Positions 12,116 to 25,826 of a DNA stretch of 64,000 nucleotides are shown here, one piece after another. Under the pieces are notes generated by a model. That model ran no database searches. It had not been told where the DNA came from and saw nothing but the letters and a program-made list of their open reading frames with translations. The position numbers and the translations under genes are program-made. The DNA is from Torpedo marmorata (taxonomy: Eukaryota), in the NCBI GenBank assembly GCA_977017645.1, contig OZ360222.1, forward strand, positions 85,436,001 through 85,500,000. Reading direction: 5' to 3'. How positions within the stretch are numbered: the first letter of the stretch is position 1; each line of letters begins with the position of its first letter.

Positions 12116-13547
12116 AATTAATTTAAATTTTAAAATTTATTTTTCAGATCAGCAAGAACATTGCATATACACAGAAACAGGCTGTGTAAAGCTAATTGAA
12201 AAGTTGCAACTTGCATGCGCATGGGATGTGCATGTTTGTGCACCTTATTGAGAGTATATTCAAATATGAAAAATGCAAACAAGTTACCAGGATATGTTTT
12301 GCAGAACAGCCTTGCTTGGCTTCAATTTACCGGTAACTCAAAGACTGAACATAATTCTTCAGGAGCCTTTGCCTTACCAGTATAATCAGATTCTGCAAGG
12401 TGATAAAGTGATAAATTGGTTAAGTATTAGTCATGTCAATTGACAATATTGGTCAGATAATTGGGGTAATTTAGTTTTCTGGGAACCTCTGTACCAACAA
12501 TACACAGGGTGTGCAATGATGCCACTTCTCAGCAAGATGTTACAAGCAGCAAATTCGACTGTACTATGGAAGGAAATGATTTTCAAAGCACAAATTCAAC
12601 AATGGAATGCCTACTTCAATTCACTTGGCCATGCATTCTTTCATTAGAAACCACACAAGGTATTAAGGCCAGACAAGCAGACCTACATAATATACATAAT
12701 CATTTATTGGAAAGTACTAACCCCATTTTTTCCAAAAGTTCTTTCCTCCTGTTATTCTATCATAATCTTATGGATGACAAGACAGAAAATGAGGATTGCC
12801 TGTTCAGGCTGACACCAAATATTTCAGAAGTGGCACACAATATCTATCCCTAGATTAATTCATACGCATCTCCTTTTCATCCAAAGAGGAATAACAAGAT
12901 TTCTACCTTCTGTTCATATCAGCCTATGATGACCTGCATCTCAACATTCCAAGACACTGATGTTAATTTGCTTATCGTTTTATTTATTTTTTTTAAAACA
13001 AGATTTTTCTACAGTGAGCCTTGTGTGATGAATTGATGTAATTTTCATATTGTTGAGCAGTACATTTGAATAAAAGAACCTTTGAATTGAATATTCAAAA
13101 TATTGCGACTAAATTAAACTATGCGTGTTGCTGACATTGAATTCTAAAAGTTGGCTCTAAAAAGGGAAGAGCAGTTTCTTTAAAAGAGCTTTATTTATTG
13201 GGTTTTAAAGGCAATAATTATGTACTAAGCATTTTTGTCGAAAGCAAAAAATATTTTTCATAATTTTCATTGTTGGCAGCAATAAAGTTGATGTGGAAAA
13301 ATATTTTGGAATAATTTTAACTTCTTTCACTTCTCTTTTGGTTATAGATTTGAAAGAATCTCAAATGTAGTTCAAAAGAAAAAACAAATCTCCAACAAAT
13401 AGAATAAATCTCTAACATTAGCTCAAAAGTACAAGTAATCTTGAAGATGAAGACAGAACACTTAACATAGAACAGTAGAGTAGCGTAACAGGCCGTTTAG
13501 CACACTATATCTGTGCTGAAATGATGCCCAAAATCTCTGCCACTTGC

Positions 13548-13790
13548 GGTACGGTTAGAGGCGGCAGTTAGTGCAATGCTATTACAGCGCCAGCGACGCG
13601 GATTTGAATTCGGCAGTGTGTAAGGAGTTTGTACGTTCTCCCCGTGTCTGTGTGTGTTTCCTTCGGGTGCTCCAGTTTCCTCCCACCCTTCAAAACGTAT
13701 GGGGGTTGTAGGTTAATTGGGGTATTTGGGCAGCATGGACTCATGGGTTGGAAAAGGCCTGTTACTGTGTGTATGTCTAAATTTAAAATT
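13548..13790 (+). mobile_element. tRNA-derived V-SINE
   Basis: Same head, core and tail as the 11871 copy. Confidence 0.85.
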
Positions 13791-13944
13791 TTCACACGAT
13801 ACATATCCCTCTTATTCCCTTCATATTGATGCGTCTGTCTAGAAGTCTCTTAAATGCTACTATTGCATCTGCTTCCACCACTATCCTTGGCAGCTCATTC
13901 CTGGCACCTACTGCTATATAAAATAAAAGCTTTCTCCTTTTCTC

Positions 13945-14753
13945 TTTACAAACAAATGGGTTAGACACCATGCATGGGTTGAAATGATCAGTCAACATTT
14001 CAAATCCGGACCCTTTACAGAGACAAAACTGAAAAGGAGTTGATATCATGTGTATAAATGGGGAAAGAAGCTGGGGGAGGGGCCAAGAAGTGATGGTGTA
14101 TAGTGCAGAAGGTGAGAGAGGGAGAGACCACTAGGAAGATGGAGGGAAGAAAAGTTAGAGAGAAAAAAATAAACAGTGCAGGAGTAGGTAAAGAAATGAT
14201 GGAAACAGTGGAACCAGAAGTGGGTGGAGGTTACCTAAAGTGGAAAAATTAATGTTCATGCAATTAGGGTTATGGCTCTCCAGGAGGAAGATGATGTGTT
14301 GTTCATATTTACATTGAGTTGAAGTGGTTGGCTACAGGAAGCTCAAGCTTAGACCCACAAAGAGAGCATAGGCGTGTACGGTCACCTATTCTGTATTTGC
14401 TCTCAGTCTCGAGGAGGCCACAACAAATACACAGAATGCAGTAGATTAGGTTGACTGATGTATAAATAAAGCTCTGCCTCACCTGGTATGTCTGTGTGAC
14501 CCGGGATAGAGGCGAGGGGGAGATGTAGGGTCAAGCTTTGCACTTTCTGCTGTTACAGAGGGAAGTGTGTCAGCAGGTGGAAGGGTGGGTGAGGAAGGAA
14601 GAGCAGACTAGGGGGTCTCAGAGAGCCTAACCCCTGCAAATAGCAGATGGAGGTAAAGAGGGCAATATGTGGCTGGTGGTGAGATCACAATGAAGGTAGC
14701 AGAAGTGTAGGGGGATAATATGTCAGATGCAGAGGCAGGTGGAGTGGAAATCA

Positions 14754-14784
<31 letters not shown>

Positions 14785-15690
14785 ATATATAAAGGAAAAG
14801 GACTCTTCAGATGTCCTGGAGTAGAAATCCTCATCCTGGAAATAGATGTAGTGAAGGCAGAGGAATTGAGAGAAAGGGGTGGATGGCATCTTTTCAAGAG
14901 AATTGGGTGGGAAGAGGTATAATCCAGGTAGCAGTGACAGTTAGTGGATTTGTAATAGATGTCTGTGGATAGTTTGTCCCCCAAGATGGAGACAGAGAGG
15001 TGAAGGAATCTGAAACAGTCCAGGTAAATTTAAGGGCAGGGTGGAAGTTGGAAGTGAAGTTAATGAAATTGTCAAGTTCTGCACACGAACAAGTAGCAGC
15101 ACATTATCCTCCAACACTTCAATGTGATTGCAACCACCAGCCACACATTCCCCTCTCCACCCCTATCCACTGTTTGCAGGGACAAGTCTCTGAGACTCCC
15201 TCGTCTGCTGTTCCCGCTCTCCCCACCCACCCTTCCACCCCCATAGACACTTCCTGGTATAATCACGGAAAGTGCAATTATTCCTGGAATGATACACTTG
15301 TCCCAAGTCTCATCCATAGTCAGAGTGAGGCCAAACTAAATTTGAAGAATAACACCATATTTCTCCTGGACAGCCTGAAATGGCATGAACATCGATTTTT
15401 CCAACTTTAGGTAAACCCCACCCCCATCTCATTCCACTGTTTCTGTCTTTTTACCTACTTCTGTACTTTTTTCCCTCCCACCTTTCCTCGTGGTCTTTCC
15501 CTCAACCTGTCTCTCCATCTCTCACACCTTCTGTCCAACACCCCATCACCTCCGTCCCTTCCCAAGCTTCTTTTCCCCCTTTATACAGGTGTTTATAATA
15601 TCACTCCCTTTTGGCTTTAGATTTGAAACACTGACTGACCCATTGAGCTCTTCCAGCAATTGTCTGCTTGCTCACAATTTGAGCATCTGC
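13945..15690 (-). mobile_element. Decayed Penelope-like element (RT C-terminus plus GIY-YIG) with inverted 5' segment
   Basis: Minus strand LSTDIYYKSTNCHCYLDYTSSHP (RT thumb) at ~14900-14980 and NLIYCILCICCGLL..ET (GIY-YIG) at ~14405-14460. 15100-15690 is an inverted copy of the 3' part. A T-run is inserted at ~14758-14784. Confidence 0.8.
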
Positions 15691-16199
15691 AGGCTTTGTC
15701 ACAGAACTATACTGAAAATAGAAACACAGAATAGGCTCATCCGGCTGAGTTCTTCCTACTCAAGAAGCCACAATGACAAATGACTCCAGAAAAAAGGATG
15801 GCCCTTCGCTAATATCACTTACCTTCTTCCGTGACCTCATAAAACAGTACTCCTCCACCTTGAATAACACTGCAAAATTGCAAAGCTTTGATCTGATTAA
15901 ATAAGTCTGAATTTGCCCAGCTGTGCCTTTTGCATCATAATGGATGAATAAAAAGCTGACAAGAATATTCCAATCATATGGTGGAAGCCAGCAAGTGAGT
16001 GCCAAAGATATTGAAATACAACTATTTTCAGCCAGAAGTACTGAGTGATTGATCTATCTCAACTTTCCACCACCATAGTAACCATGTTCCCACCACCATA
16101 GAAACCAGTCACCAACCAATTTGAATTACTTTGAATGATATTGAAAATCAATAGAGCATCGAGTACAGCAAAAGATGCAGTAACAGGACAGAATGTAGA

Positions 16200-16509
16200 T
16201 AGAAAAGCTATGCTCCAGAAGTAGCTAAACTGTTCCAACCCAGTCAGTCACAAGATTTTAATTTGCAGGACAATATGGAAAATTGTTTCGGTTTATCCTA
16301 TCTACAAAACAATCTGGGTAATTTCTACCCAGCTGGGCTCCTTTCATTCCACAGAAAGTAATGGAAAAAGTCTCATCATTAGTCCTCTAATCTGCATTTA
16401 TTCACCAATAACCTGCTCACGAATATTCAGTTTTGGTTTTGTCGTGGCTACACAACTCCAGATCACATCACAATCAAGGTCCAAAAATGGGTCAAACAGT
16501 TGAATCTAC
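16200..16509 (+). mobile_element. Old CR1/L2-group LINE RT fragment, continuing at 20593-20650 (host of the L1)
   Basis: QFGF..G.TTPDHIT..VQKW before the L1 and DIKAAF after it. Confidence 0.6.
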
Positions 16510-19500
16510 CAAATGATAATATCTTAATTGGTGGGGATTTTAATTGTTGTTTAGATCCAATAATGGATAAAACATCGAAATCAATTATCAGAACTAAAAC
16601 TGCTAAAAGAATTCTTACCTTGATGAAAGATTTAAATTTAATAGATATTTGAAGGAAGTTGAATCCAAGAGAAAAAGATTATTCCTTTATTTTTTTAGAC
16701 ATGATTCTTATTCTAGAATAGACATGTTTTTATTGTCATCACAATTAGAAGATAGGGTGACTCAAGCACAATACAAAGCAAGAATAATTTCTGATCATTC
16801 GCCTCTATTAATGTCATGTATAATTCCAGAAAAAGAAAAAATTATATATAGATGGAGATTTAATTCTTCTTTATTGAACAGAATGGATTTCTGTAATTAT
16901 ATAAGAAGAATTCAAGAATTTTTACAGATTAATTCTAATTCGATTGATAATAAATTAATTATTTGGGAAGCTTTAAAGGCTTATTTAAGAGGTCAAATAA
17001 TAAGTTATTCAGCAAAAGTTAAGGAATATATTCAGGAATTGGATAATTTGGAGAAGGAGATCGAGTTTTTGGAGAAGGATTTGCAAAATAAGAGATCAGA
17101 AAAAAGAGGAAAAATTTAATTGAAAAAAAATTATAATACATTACAATCTTATAAAATGGAAAAATTAATTGAAAGGACTAAGCAAAGATATTATGAATTG
17201 GGAGAAAGAGCTCAAAGTGTTAGCGTGGCAATTAAAGAAAGAACAAACTTCTAGAACTATAAGTGCTATAAAAAAGAATTCAAAGAAAATAACATATAAA
17301 CCTCGAAAATAAATGATTCTTTTAAGGAATTTTATTTAAATTTATATAAATCTCAAAATGATAAAATGATTCAAAAATTAATGGATTTTTATCTAAAATT
17401 AAGTTACCTAGATTAAATACTCAAAGTAAAGAATTTTTAGATTCATCGTTTACAATGAGAGAAGTTAATGATGTTCTTAGTTCTTTAACAAGTGGAAAAT
17501 CTCCGGGGGAGGATGGTTTCCCGTCAGAATTTTATAAGGAATTTAAAGACTTATTGATACCTCCATATATGGAGGTGTTAAAACAAATAACGGAAACTCA
17601 TTCTCTACCGGAAACATTTTCAAATGCAATTTATAACAGTTATACCTAAAAAAAGATAGAGATTTGTTGAAAACAGAATCATATAGACCAATTTCATTGC
17701 TAAATGGCGAAAATTTTAGCAAATAGAGTGGCTAAATATTTACCAGATTTAATCCATGTAGATCAATCAGGTTTTATTAAGAATAGATATTCAAAAGATA
17801 ATATAGCCAGATTAATTAGGTTAATAAATGTGGCACAAAAGAAAGAGGAATTAGCACTAGTATTAACATTAGATGCTGAAAAGGCTTTTGATAGATTAGA
17901 GTGGAATTTTTTTCCAAGATTTCAATATTTTTTTCAATCAATTCCTTATGAAATTCTTTAAAAATTCTTTAAAAATTCTTTAAAGATTTAAATTTAATTA
18001 TTAGGAAATTTTTGTGGAAAGGAAAGTTGGCTAGAGTAAGTATGGAGAAATTAACCTGGGATTATGAAATGGGTGGTTTACAACTTCCCAATTTTCAAAA
18101 TTATTATAAAGCAGCTCAATTAAAATTTAATGAAATGTTTGATTTAGGAAAATCTTCCGCAGAGATTAGAATAGAACTAAATAATATAGGAGAAGATTTG
18201 AAAGAAGTTATTTATAAATGGAATTCTAAATTATTATTAAGGAGGTAAAAATTCTCCTATTTTAAAACATTTGTTAGAAATATGGAATAAAGTGGATAGG
18301 GAGATAGGAGGGAAAGGATTAATTTCTCGAATTATGCCTTTATATCAAAATAAACCTATTCCATTTACTATTGATAATCAATTATTTAAAATTTGGTTTC
18401 AAAAAGGAATTTAAAAAATAGATAATATACGGGGTTTTTTTCAACGTGGATTAACATCATGTATATATAATTTATTGGAAATCAGAGTAGCTTCTATGAG
18501 GGGAATCAAGAATGAATGGGAACGAGATTTGAATGTAACATTTTCAGATCAAGATTGGTACAATGCCCTTGATCTAATTAACGCCTCATCTTTTTGTGCT
18601 AGACACTGTTTATTACAATTTAAAGTGGTGCATAGAATTCATATGTCTAAACTTAAACTATCACGTTTTTACTCTGATATAGATCCATTGTGTGAGAGAT
18701 GTTAAATTTTTGAAGCTTCACTGATACATATGTTTTGGGAATGCCCCAATTTGGAGAAATTTTGGAAGGATATTTTTAAATCTTTATCATTGATTTTTAA
18801 AGATTAATATTGAACCATGTCCTTTAATTGCTCTGTTTGGTTTTTCACGTGAGCTTAACATACCTTTGTCTGCAACACAGGAAAAAGTTTTAGCTTTTTC
18901 CACGTTGATTGCCAGACGGGCAATTTTATTGAAATGGAAAGATGAGTTATCACTGACACATAGACAGTGGTTACTAGATGTAATGTCCTTTCTGAGTTTG
19001 GAGAAAATTAGATATAATATTTAAAGATAGAAAGTTTCAATTTTTAAAGATCTGGGGGCCATTCATTGAATACTATCATGATTGGAAGAATTAACTAAAC
19101 TAACTATCCTGGGGACTCTCTGTCCGATGCTTGGAGGTCGCTACAGGATCCATATCCTTTTTTTACAATATCAAGGTAACCTTACTGAGAGGGAGGGGTT
19201 AGAATAGATTCGTTATTAGTGGGTTTTTTTGGGGGTTTTTTCTCTCTTTTTATTTTATTTTCAAGTGTTTTTTTTTTAAGATAATTACAAGGAACTAGAG
19301 TTTTAACCTATATTAAGAATTTAGTTACGACAATTTACAGGTTTTTTTTTAATATATAGACATGTATGAATACCAGCTGATTTTTCGAATGTTTTTCTTA
19401 ATCTTGTTACTCTGTATACATGTTTATTGTTGAAACTCAATAAAAATATTTTAAAAAGAAAAGAATAAATAGACGATTGTTTTGAAGCTAGTAAATTTAT

Positions 19501-20576
19501 TACTTTTCAAAGAATGAAAGAAAAGTTTAATGTATTAGATAATACACTTTTTGCTTATTATCAAATTAGAGCATTTTTAGTTGAAAGGTTGGGTTATAGT
19601 TTGACTTTACCAAGACAAAGTGAATTGGAATTATTAGTTACTAATGGAGGTGTAAACAAATTTATTTTTCAAACATATAAAACTGTTACAGAGAAAAATG
19701 CCTAAATTAGGAATTCATAAATCAAGATTAAAATGGGAATCGGATTTGAATGTAACAATAGATGAGGAGCATTGGAAAGAAATATGTAAACAAAGTATGA
19801 CGAAGATTATTAACGTTAGATATAGGTTGGTGCAATTATAACTTTTTTCATCAATTATATTTAACACCTAAGAAATTAAAGAAATTTAATCCGACATTAT
19901 CAGGTTTATGTTTTAGATGTAATAGAGAGGAAGTTTCTTTTGTACACTCCACATGGCTTTGTCCAAAGATATGACTTCTGGTTGAAAGTTAAAAAGTTTT
20001 TAGATAAAGTATTAAGAATTATACGCCCAATGGATCCTATGATATTTCTGTTTGGATTTTTAAAATAATTAGTACTAAAATGAGATTAAATATGTATCAA
20101 ATAGAATTTTTGCGAATTGCTTCAGCTGTTTCTAAGAAATGCATTGCTATTACATGGAAATCTGATGTAGATTTAGTGTTAGAGAGATGGCATGCAGAAC
20201 TTCGTTCAGCTATACCACTTGAAAAAAAATACTTATAATTTACGTAATAAATATCATTTCTTTTGAAAATATGGAGCCCAAATATAAAAACTGTGGGTCT
20301 AAGGATTTGAAGATCTCAGCATATCGGATCTGACTGGCAAACCTGTGTTCCACAATAAAATTAGCTTATAGTTATTCTTTTTAGATCGACATTCTCCTTA
20401 CTTTATCTTTTTCTTTCTTTCTTTCTATTTTATTAGAATAGTACGGGTGGGAGGGGAGGGAGGGAGGGAGGGGGTGGTGAAAATATATCACATGTATTTT
20501 GATAATTTTGCATTTTACAATATGTATTATCGAGTGATTTAAAATTTTAAATAAAATATTTATAAAAAAGCAAAAA
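16510..20576 (+). mobile_element. 5'-truncated L1-clade LINE, ORF2 pseudogene with internal RT deletion
   Basis: GGDFN, SRIDMF, SDHSP (endonuclease); KSPGEDGF, YRPISLL, DQSGF, LDAEKAFDR (RT). It then jumps to PRFQY (no YADD), followed by the C-terminal Cys motif, G-rich 3'UTR and A tail. TSD AAACAGTYGAATSTAC at 16494-16509 and 20577-20592. Confidence 0.92.
18423..19466 (+). mobile_element. Second L1 3' fragment nested in the L1
   Basis: WERDLN..CARHCLLQFKVVHR..CERC..HMFWECP with its own 3'UTR and CAATAAAAATATTTTAAAAAG tail. 7-bp TSD AAATAGA (18416-18422 and 19467-19473). The host frame KGI.KIDDCF resumes afterwards. Confidence 0.88.
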
Positions 20577-20699
20577 AAACAGTCGAATGTACAAGTCGGA
20601 AAAGAGAGCGCTCGTGACATCAAGGCAGCTTTTAATTGACTGTAATGTTAAGACACCCTGATAAAAGGAAAATTAATTAATGTTATGAGGAAAACCAAT

Positions 20700-21051
20700 T
20701 CACCAGGATGTTGCCTGGGATGGAGTTCGTCAGTCATGAAGCAAAACTGGAAAGGCTAGGTCTGTTTTCTCTAGATCAGAGAAAGAAGTTAAGAGGGGAC
20801 ATGAATGAGATACAAAATTATAAAGGGTACAGACAGCATAGACCTCAGGAAACTTTACCCCACATCAGAAGTGGATAAAATTTGAGCAGTTAATAGTTTT
20901 AGGGTCAGGGGCAAGAAAATTTTTAGGGGATTGGAGAAGGACCTTTACACCCAGAGAGTGGTAGTAAGCACCTGGAATACACTGCATGGAAATTGGTGAC
21001 AACATTTAAGAAGTGTTAGATGAGCACTTGAATCAAACAGGCACAGAAGGC
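20700..21051 (+). mobile_element. CR1-clade LINE 3' fragment
   Basis: FTRMLPGME..S.E..L.RLGLFSL..R.LRGD...YKI.KG, then FT.RVV..WN.L. Confidence 0.75.
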
Positions 21052-21977
21052 TAGCGTAAAAACACAGAAATGCAGGAGGAACGCGGGTCTTGCAGCATCC
21101 ATAGGAGGTAAAGATATATTACCAATGTATCGGGCCTGAGCCCTTCTTCAAGTTATGGAAAAAGCAGGCAGTCTGAATAAAAGAAATGGCAGGGGAAGGA
21201 GTACAAACCAACAGAAAAAAGGAATTGGATATGGAGAAGAGGAAATGTGAAAATCGATAGGGTGAGGGGGATTAGCTCTGTGAATGCAGAGCTGAGGTAA
21301 AGGAGACAGAGGGAAAAGGGAAGAGAGAGGGACAGAGCTACAGGAAAGGAAAGGAGACATAGGAAGGGGGTGGGGGTGCGGGTAAACGGAAACCAGAGAA
21401 GTCAATGTGATTGCCATCAGGTTGGAGGATGCCCAGATGGAATAAGAGGTGTTGTTCCACCAATTTGCAGGTGGTCTCATGCACTTCCAGATTGAGACCG
21501 CCCGCAAATTGGAGGAACACCTCATATTCCATCTGGGAACCCTCCAACTGGATGGGCATGAACATTGACTTCTCCGGTTTCTGTTCGCCACACCCCCCTC
21601 CCTATATCTCTTTTCCTGTAGCTCTGTCCCTCTCTCTTCCCTTTCCCCTCTTGTCTCCTTTACCTCAGTTCTGTATTCACAAAGTCAAACCTTATCCCCC
21701 TCCCCCCCACGCCCCTCATCAATTCTCACCTTTCCTCTCTCCTGGCCTCTTCTCCATATCCAATTATCACCTTTTGTCTGTTGGTCTGTTCTCCTCCCCT
21801 TGCCATTTCTTTTATTCAGATGCTGCCTGCTTTTTCCGTACCTTGAAGAAGGGCTCAGGCCTGAAACGTCAGTAATATATCTTTAACTCCTGTGGATGCT
21901 GCAAGACCTGCTGAGTTCCTCCAGCATTTCTTTGCTTTTACAATAATCACAGCATCTGCAGACTTTCGTGTTTCACT
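21052..21977. mobile_element. Penelope-derived foldback (inverted-repeat) element
   Basis: Two inverted ~430-bp arms meet at GTCTCA-(13 nt)-TGAGAC (21474-21498). Each arm encodes the GIY-YIG tail KLEEHLIFHLGTLQ. TSD ACAGAAGGC at 21043-21051 and 21978-21986. Confidence 0.88.
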
Positions 21978-22418
21978 ACAGAAGGCCAAGTGGTGAAAGA
22001 TGAGATTAACAAGGATGGGTCCCCACTGGTCAGAATGGATGCAGTGGGCCAAGTGGGCTATTTCCATGGTAGATGGCAATCCAATTAATTGGAAGCATGC
22101 ACCTACAAAGAAAGATGGCTGTGGATGTTGGGAATTCAATCATGCCCATCCTCTGGATATCCCAACAGAGAAGTATCCTATCCCCAGGCATCTTTAGAGC
22201 TTCATTCGATTGCGAAAGGTCAGATGTAGGGGCTTGTGGTTAAAATACAGTGACAAAATAATATTACATAGAATTATATAATCACGATATGATTTTTGGG
22301 GGCATAAATAGAGCTGATTAGACAATCAAGGTTTATTGAGAAATTCTCAGAATATATTTACAAGTTGGAACTCAAAAAAGTATTGAAGGAAAAATAATTT
22401 ATAGCAACTTGCAAACTT

Positions 22419-23122
22419 AGATTCTTGGGAGTCACTATCTCGGAGGATCTTTCCTGGACCCAACACACCAATGGTATCGTGAAGAAAACACATCAGCGCC
22501 TCTACTTCCTCAGGAGTTTGCGGAGGTTTGGTATGACACCAGAAACCCTGGCAAATTTCTACAGATGTGTGGTGGAAAGTGTGCTGACCAGCTGCATCAC
22601 GGTCTGGTATGGGAACACCAATACCCCTGAGTGTAAAGCTCTCCAAAAGGTAGTGGTCACAGCCCAGGACATTACAGGCAAAACCCTCCCCACTATTGAG
22701 TACATCTACAGGGAATGCTGCCGTCGGAGGGCAGCAGCAATCATCAAAGACCCTCACCACCCAGCACACACTCTGTTCTCGCTGCTGCCATCAGGAAAGA
22801 GGTATAGGTGCCACAAGACCAGCACCACCAGGTTCAGGAACAGCTGCTACCCCTCTACCATCAGAATCCTCAACGACAAAGTCAAATCAGAGACTCATTT
22901 AAGGACTCTTACTTGTGCACTTTATTGATTTTTCTTTGCTCTCTCTGTATGGCACAGTCAGTTGTTTACATTCATTTGCATTTTGATTGTTTACATGTTT
23001 ACGCTGTGTACAGTTTACTTTTTGCACTACCAATTCTGCCGCACCCGCAGGAAAAGGGAATCTCAGGGTTGTATGTGATGTCATGTATGTACTCGACAAT
23101 AAATCTGAAATCTGATCTGAAT
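22419..23122 (+). mobile_element. Rex1/Babar-clade LINE 3' fragment
   Basis: Open frame FLGVTISEDLSW...KKTHQRLYFLRSL...ESVLTSCITVWYG...HPAHTLFSLLPSGKRYR...RFRNS. Tail CAATAAATCTGAAATCTGATCTGAA. Confidence 0.88.
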
Positions 23123-25054
23123 TCAGTCTGCTGACCATTGGACGACCACTCCGATTACCAGTTAAAGGATTCAGGCAGTCAAGCAGTAATCACAAAAGAC
23201 ATGCAAATATACCACTGTTCATCGATTGTTTTAGCCTGGTCCAGTAATGCTCTTACTTGGATTGTGTCTGCTTTATTTAATGTGTGTTGTGATACACAGC
23301 TGCCATGTTATTTGAATAAAATGGATAAAAACTTCTTCACCAACAGTTCTGCACTTTGAATCACTTTAAAATCAAACATAATTGTTTGTTGTACAAATTT
23401 CATTCACAATTGTTCAGAAATTGAAACAATTGGTGACTGCCTGCAGAAAGGTCCAAACTATATTCAGGCACAAGCTGCTGCATTTAATTGCATTGCCAAA
23501 TGTCCCACCACCAACATTCTAAGAGTCAATAATGGGGATAGGTAGCAACTCTGGTCTTGCCAGTGGCACCCATATGCCAGAAGAATAGAAGGACGTAGAA
23601 AATACTTTAAATTGATGTGCAGAAATACATTTACATAAATATTGAAAAGCTGTTGATCAAGTTGTAACCTTCTGCCATTAGATTTACAAAAATAACATCT
23701 CAGCCTTAATCTCCCAAGTTCTGTATGAACTTGCTAAACAATACAAAAACTTAATTCTTGCCGTTACATTCGCTGAGGAGCTGGGAATGAATTGAAGATT
23801 ATGCATAAATAGCGATGTTTGATTTAAAAATGATTCAAAGTGGAAAACAGCCTGGTGAAGAATGTTAGAATCAGTTTATTCAAATAACATGACAACCAAT
23901 TAACACAACACACATTAAGCAAATCCAGAGCAATCCAAATAAGTACATCACCGAGCCAGATTGAATTAAACAAATGGAAGCAGTACATCTTAATGACAAC
24001 TTGACAGTTCTGACTCTGAAATCAGGACTTCAATTGGAATTGTGCTCCACTCATCAGAAGTTAGCTTCCGTGGAAATATTTTTACACCTTAAAGCTGTAG
24101 TTCAGCATAATACACCCTCTTCAATCATTCATTTCTTATCTTTTAATTACTGCCCTTCAACCTTCCAGCATTGAAAATTAAATATTATATGAGAAATCTC
24201 TCATTCTTTACCATTTTAAATGTTTGTAGATATTTTAAAGGAAGAAAAGTTGAGCTGGAGTTTAACTATTAGCAAATACTGATAGAAGCCCTGCAAATTC
24301 AGAATGGATCTAACATTTTCTTACTATGTTGGCAGATGAATGATACACAATCTCTATTCCCACCACACAAGATATAAAGTATATGATGGAAAGAGTTTAT
24401 AAGGTCTTTTCTAAATATTCTTTGCAATTTGTGGGGTGGGAATGGAAGTTGTGCATCATGGATCATCAGTAGCATGAACCCAGTGCTGCTGCTGCTTAAT
24501 GCATCAAATTTGAGGCCATGGTGACTTTAACAGCCCTTGTTTGGTAATACTGCAGCATAGTTAGCTTACAAGGTGAGAAGGTGAAATACATGTCAGGCCT
24601 GATGTTCCAGGATCATGTTGGTCATAAATGCACCATGCCCTCTGCTATCTCACCTTCCTGCACCATTTATTTTCTTCCATCTCTTTTCCCCACTCCTCCC
24701 TTCATCCACTTCTCCTCCTGATCTGCATTTTCCTCTCTTCCCCTCCCACCCTCCTCATCTTGTAACCTGGGACATCATTAACCAAGGTTGCAGAGGACAA
24801 GATTGGTTCCTCCACAAGTCTTGCAAAGTCTTGCCTTTATGGGTCAGTTAGTGTTTTCATTGTGTGATACAACTGGCAGTTTTACAAAATAATGAATTCC
24901 TGCTGTACATGATGTACGTTTCCATAGCTGTTTCATCAATGTTACAGATATAGCTCAAGACAGTGGAAATTAAATGGTGTGCCAAGAACCGGAATCAAAT
25001 TTATATGAAAAAAAAAACAAATATCTGGGACCTACCAGGCCAATTGTAAATGCC

Positions 25055-25630
25055 GAGTGAAACACGAAAGTCTGCAGATGCTGTGATTGAGGTAAAAACA
25101 CACCGAAATGCTGGATGAACTCAGCCTGTCTTTTCAGCGACTATAGGAGACAAAGATATATTGCCGACGTTTCAGGCTTGAGCCCTTCGGAAATGTCTGT
25201 CCATGGTCTCATATACTGCCAGACTGAGACCACCCGTAAATTGGAGGAACAACACCTCATCTTCCGACAGGGCACACTCCAACCGGATGGCATTAATATC
25301 GACTTCTCTGGCTTTAATTAAACCTGCCCCCCCCCACTTCTTCCCCCATCACCTTTCCCTGTCTCTGTCTCTCCATTCCGTCTCCTTTCACACAAACATG
25401 ATAAATTCTTACCTTGCCCCTTATCATATCTAATTAACACTTTTGTTGGTCTGGATTCCTCCCCCATTGTTTGAATTCTGAGACTTTCTGAGGCTTCCTG
25501 CTTCTGGCTTATTCTGCTTATTCCTTGAAGAAGGGCTCAGGCACGAAACGTCGGCAATATATCTTTGTCTCCTATAGATGCTGAAAAAACTGGCTGAGTT
25601 CCTCCAGCATTTCGGTGTGTTTTTTTACTA
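25055..25630. mobile_element. Penelope-derived element with short inverted 5' arm
   Basis: ETTRKLEEQHLIFRQGTLQPDGINID. Inverted termini of ~110 bp. TSD CARTTGTAAATGCC at 25041-25054 and 25631-25644. Confidence 0.85.
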
Positions 25631-25826
25631 CAGTTGTAAATGCCACCCGCTTTATGCTAGACTCTGTATGCCCACTTGAACTGCATATGATTAGTATGAT
25701 ATCCTGTCATTGGATACCATTTCTGGGATGTAAAAGAAGTCTAGAAGCTAATCATCTGGATGCAGGGTTCCAAGCTTGGCCCAATCCAGAGCAGGAAACC
25801 CAATTATAGTAGGTCACCTTGAAATA

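Noticed and set aside
16067-16105. CRISPR-like or functional repeat (CCACCACCATAG x2)
   Set aside because: A simple short tandem duplication with no spacer array, in a eukaryotic context.
20445-20478. G-quadruplex as a novel element
   Set aside because: It is part of the L1 3'UTR G-rich tract, a known feature of L1 elements.
21148-22139. Overlapping ORFs on both strands with similar peptides
   Set aside because: A by-product of the inverted-repeat Penelope-derived element.
22425-22928. Host gene with ALKBH8-N-like domain
   Set aside because: It is the C-terminus of a Rex1/Babar RT ORF, 5'-truncated and followed by the element tail.
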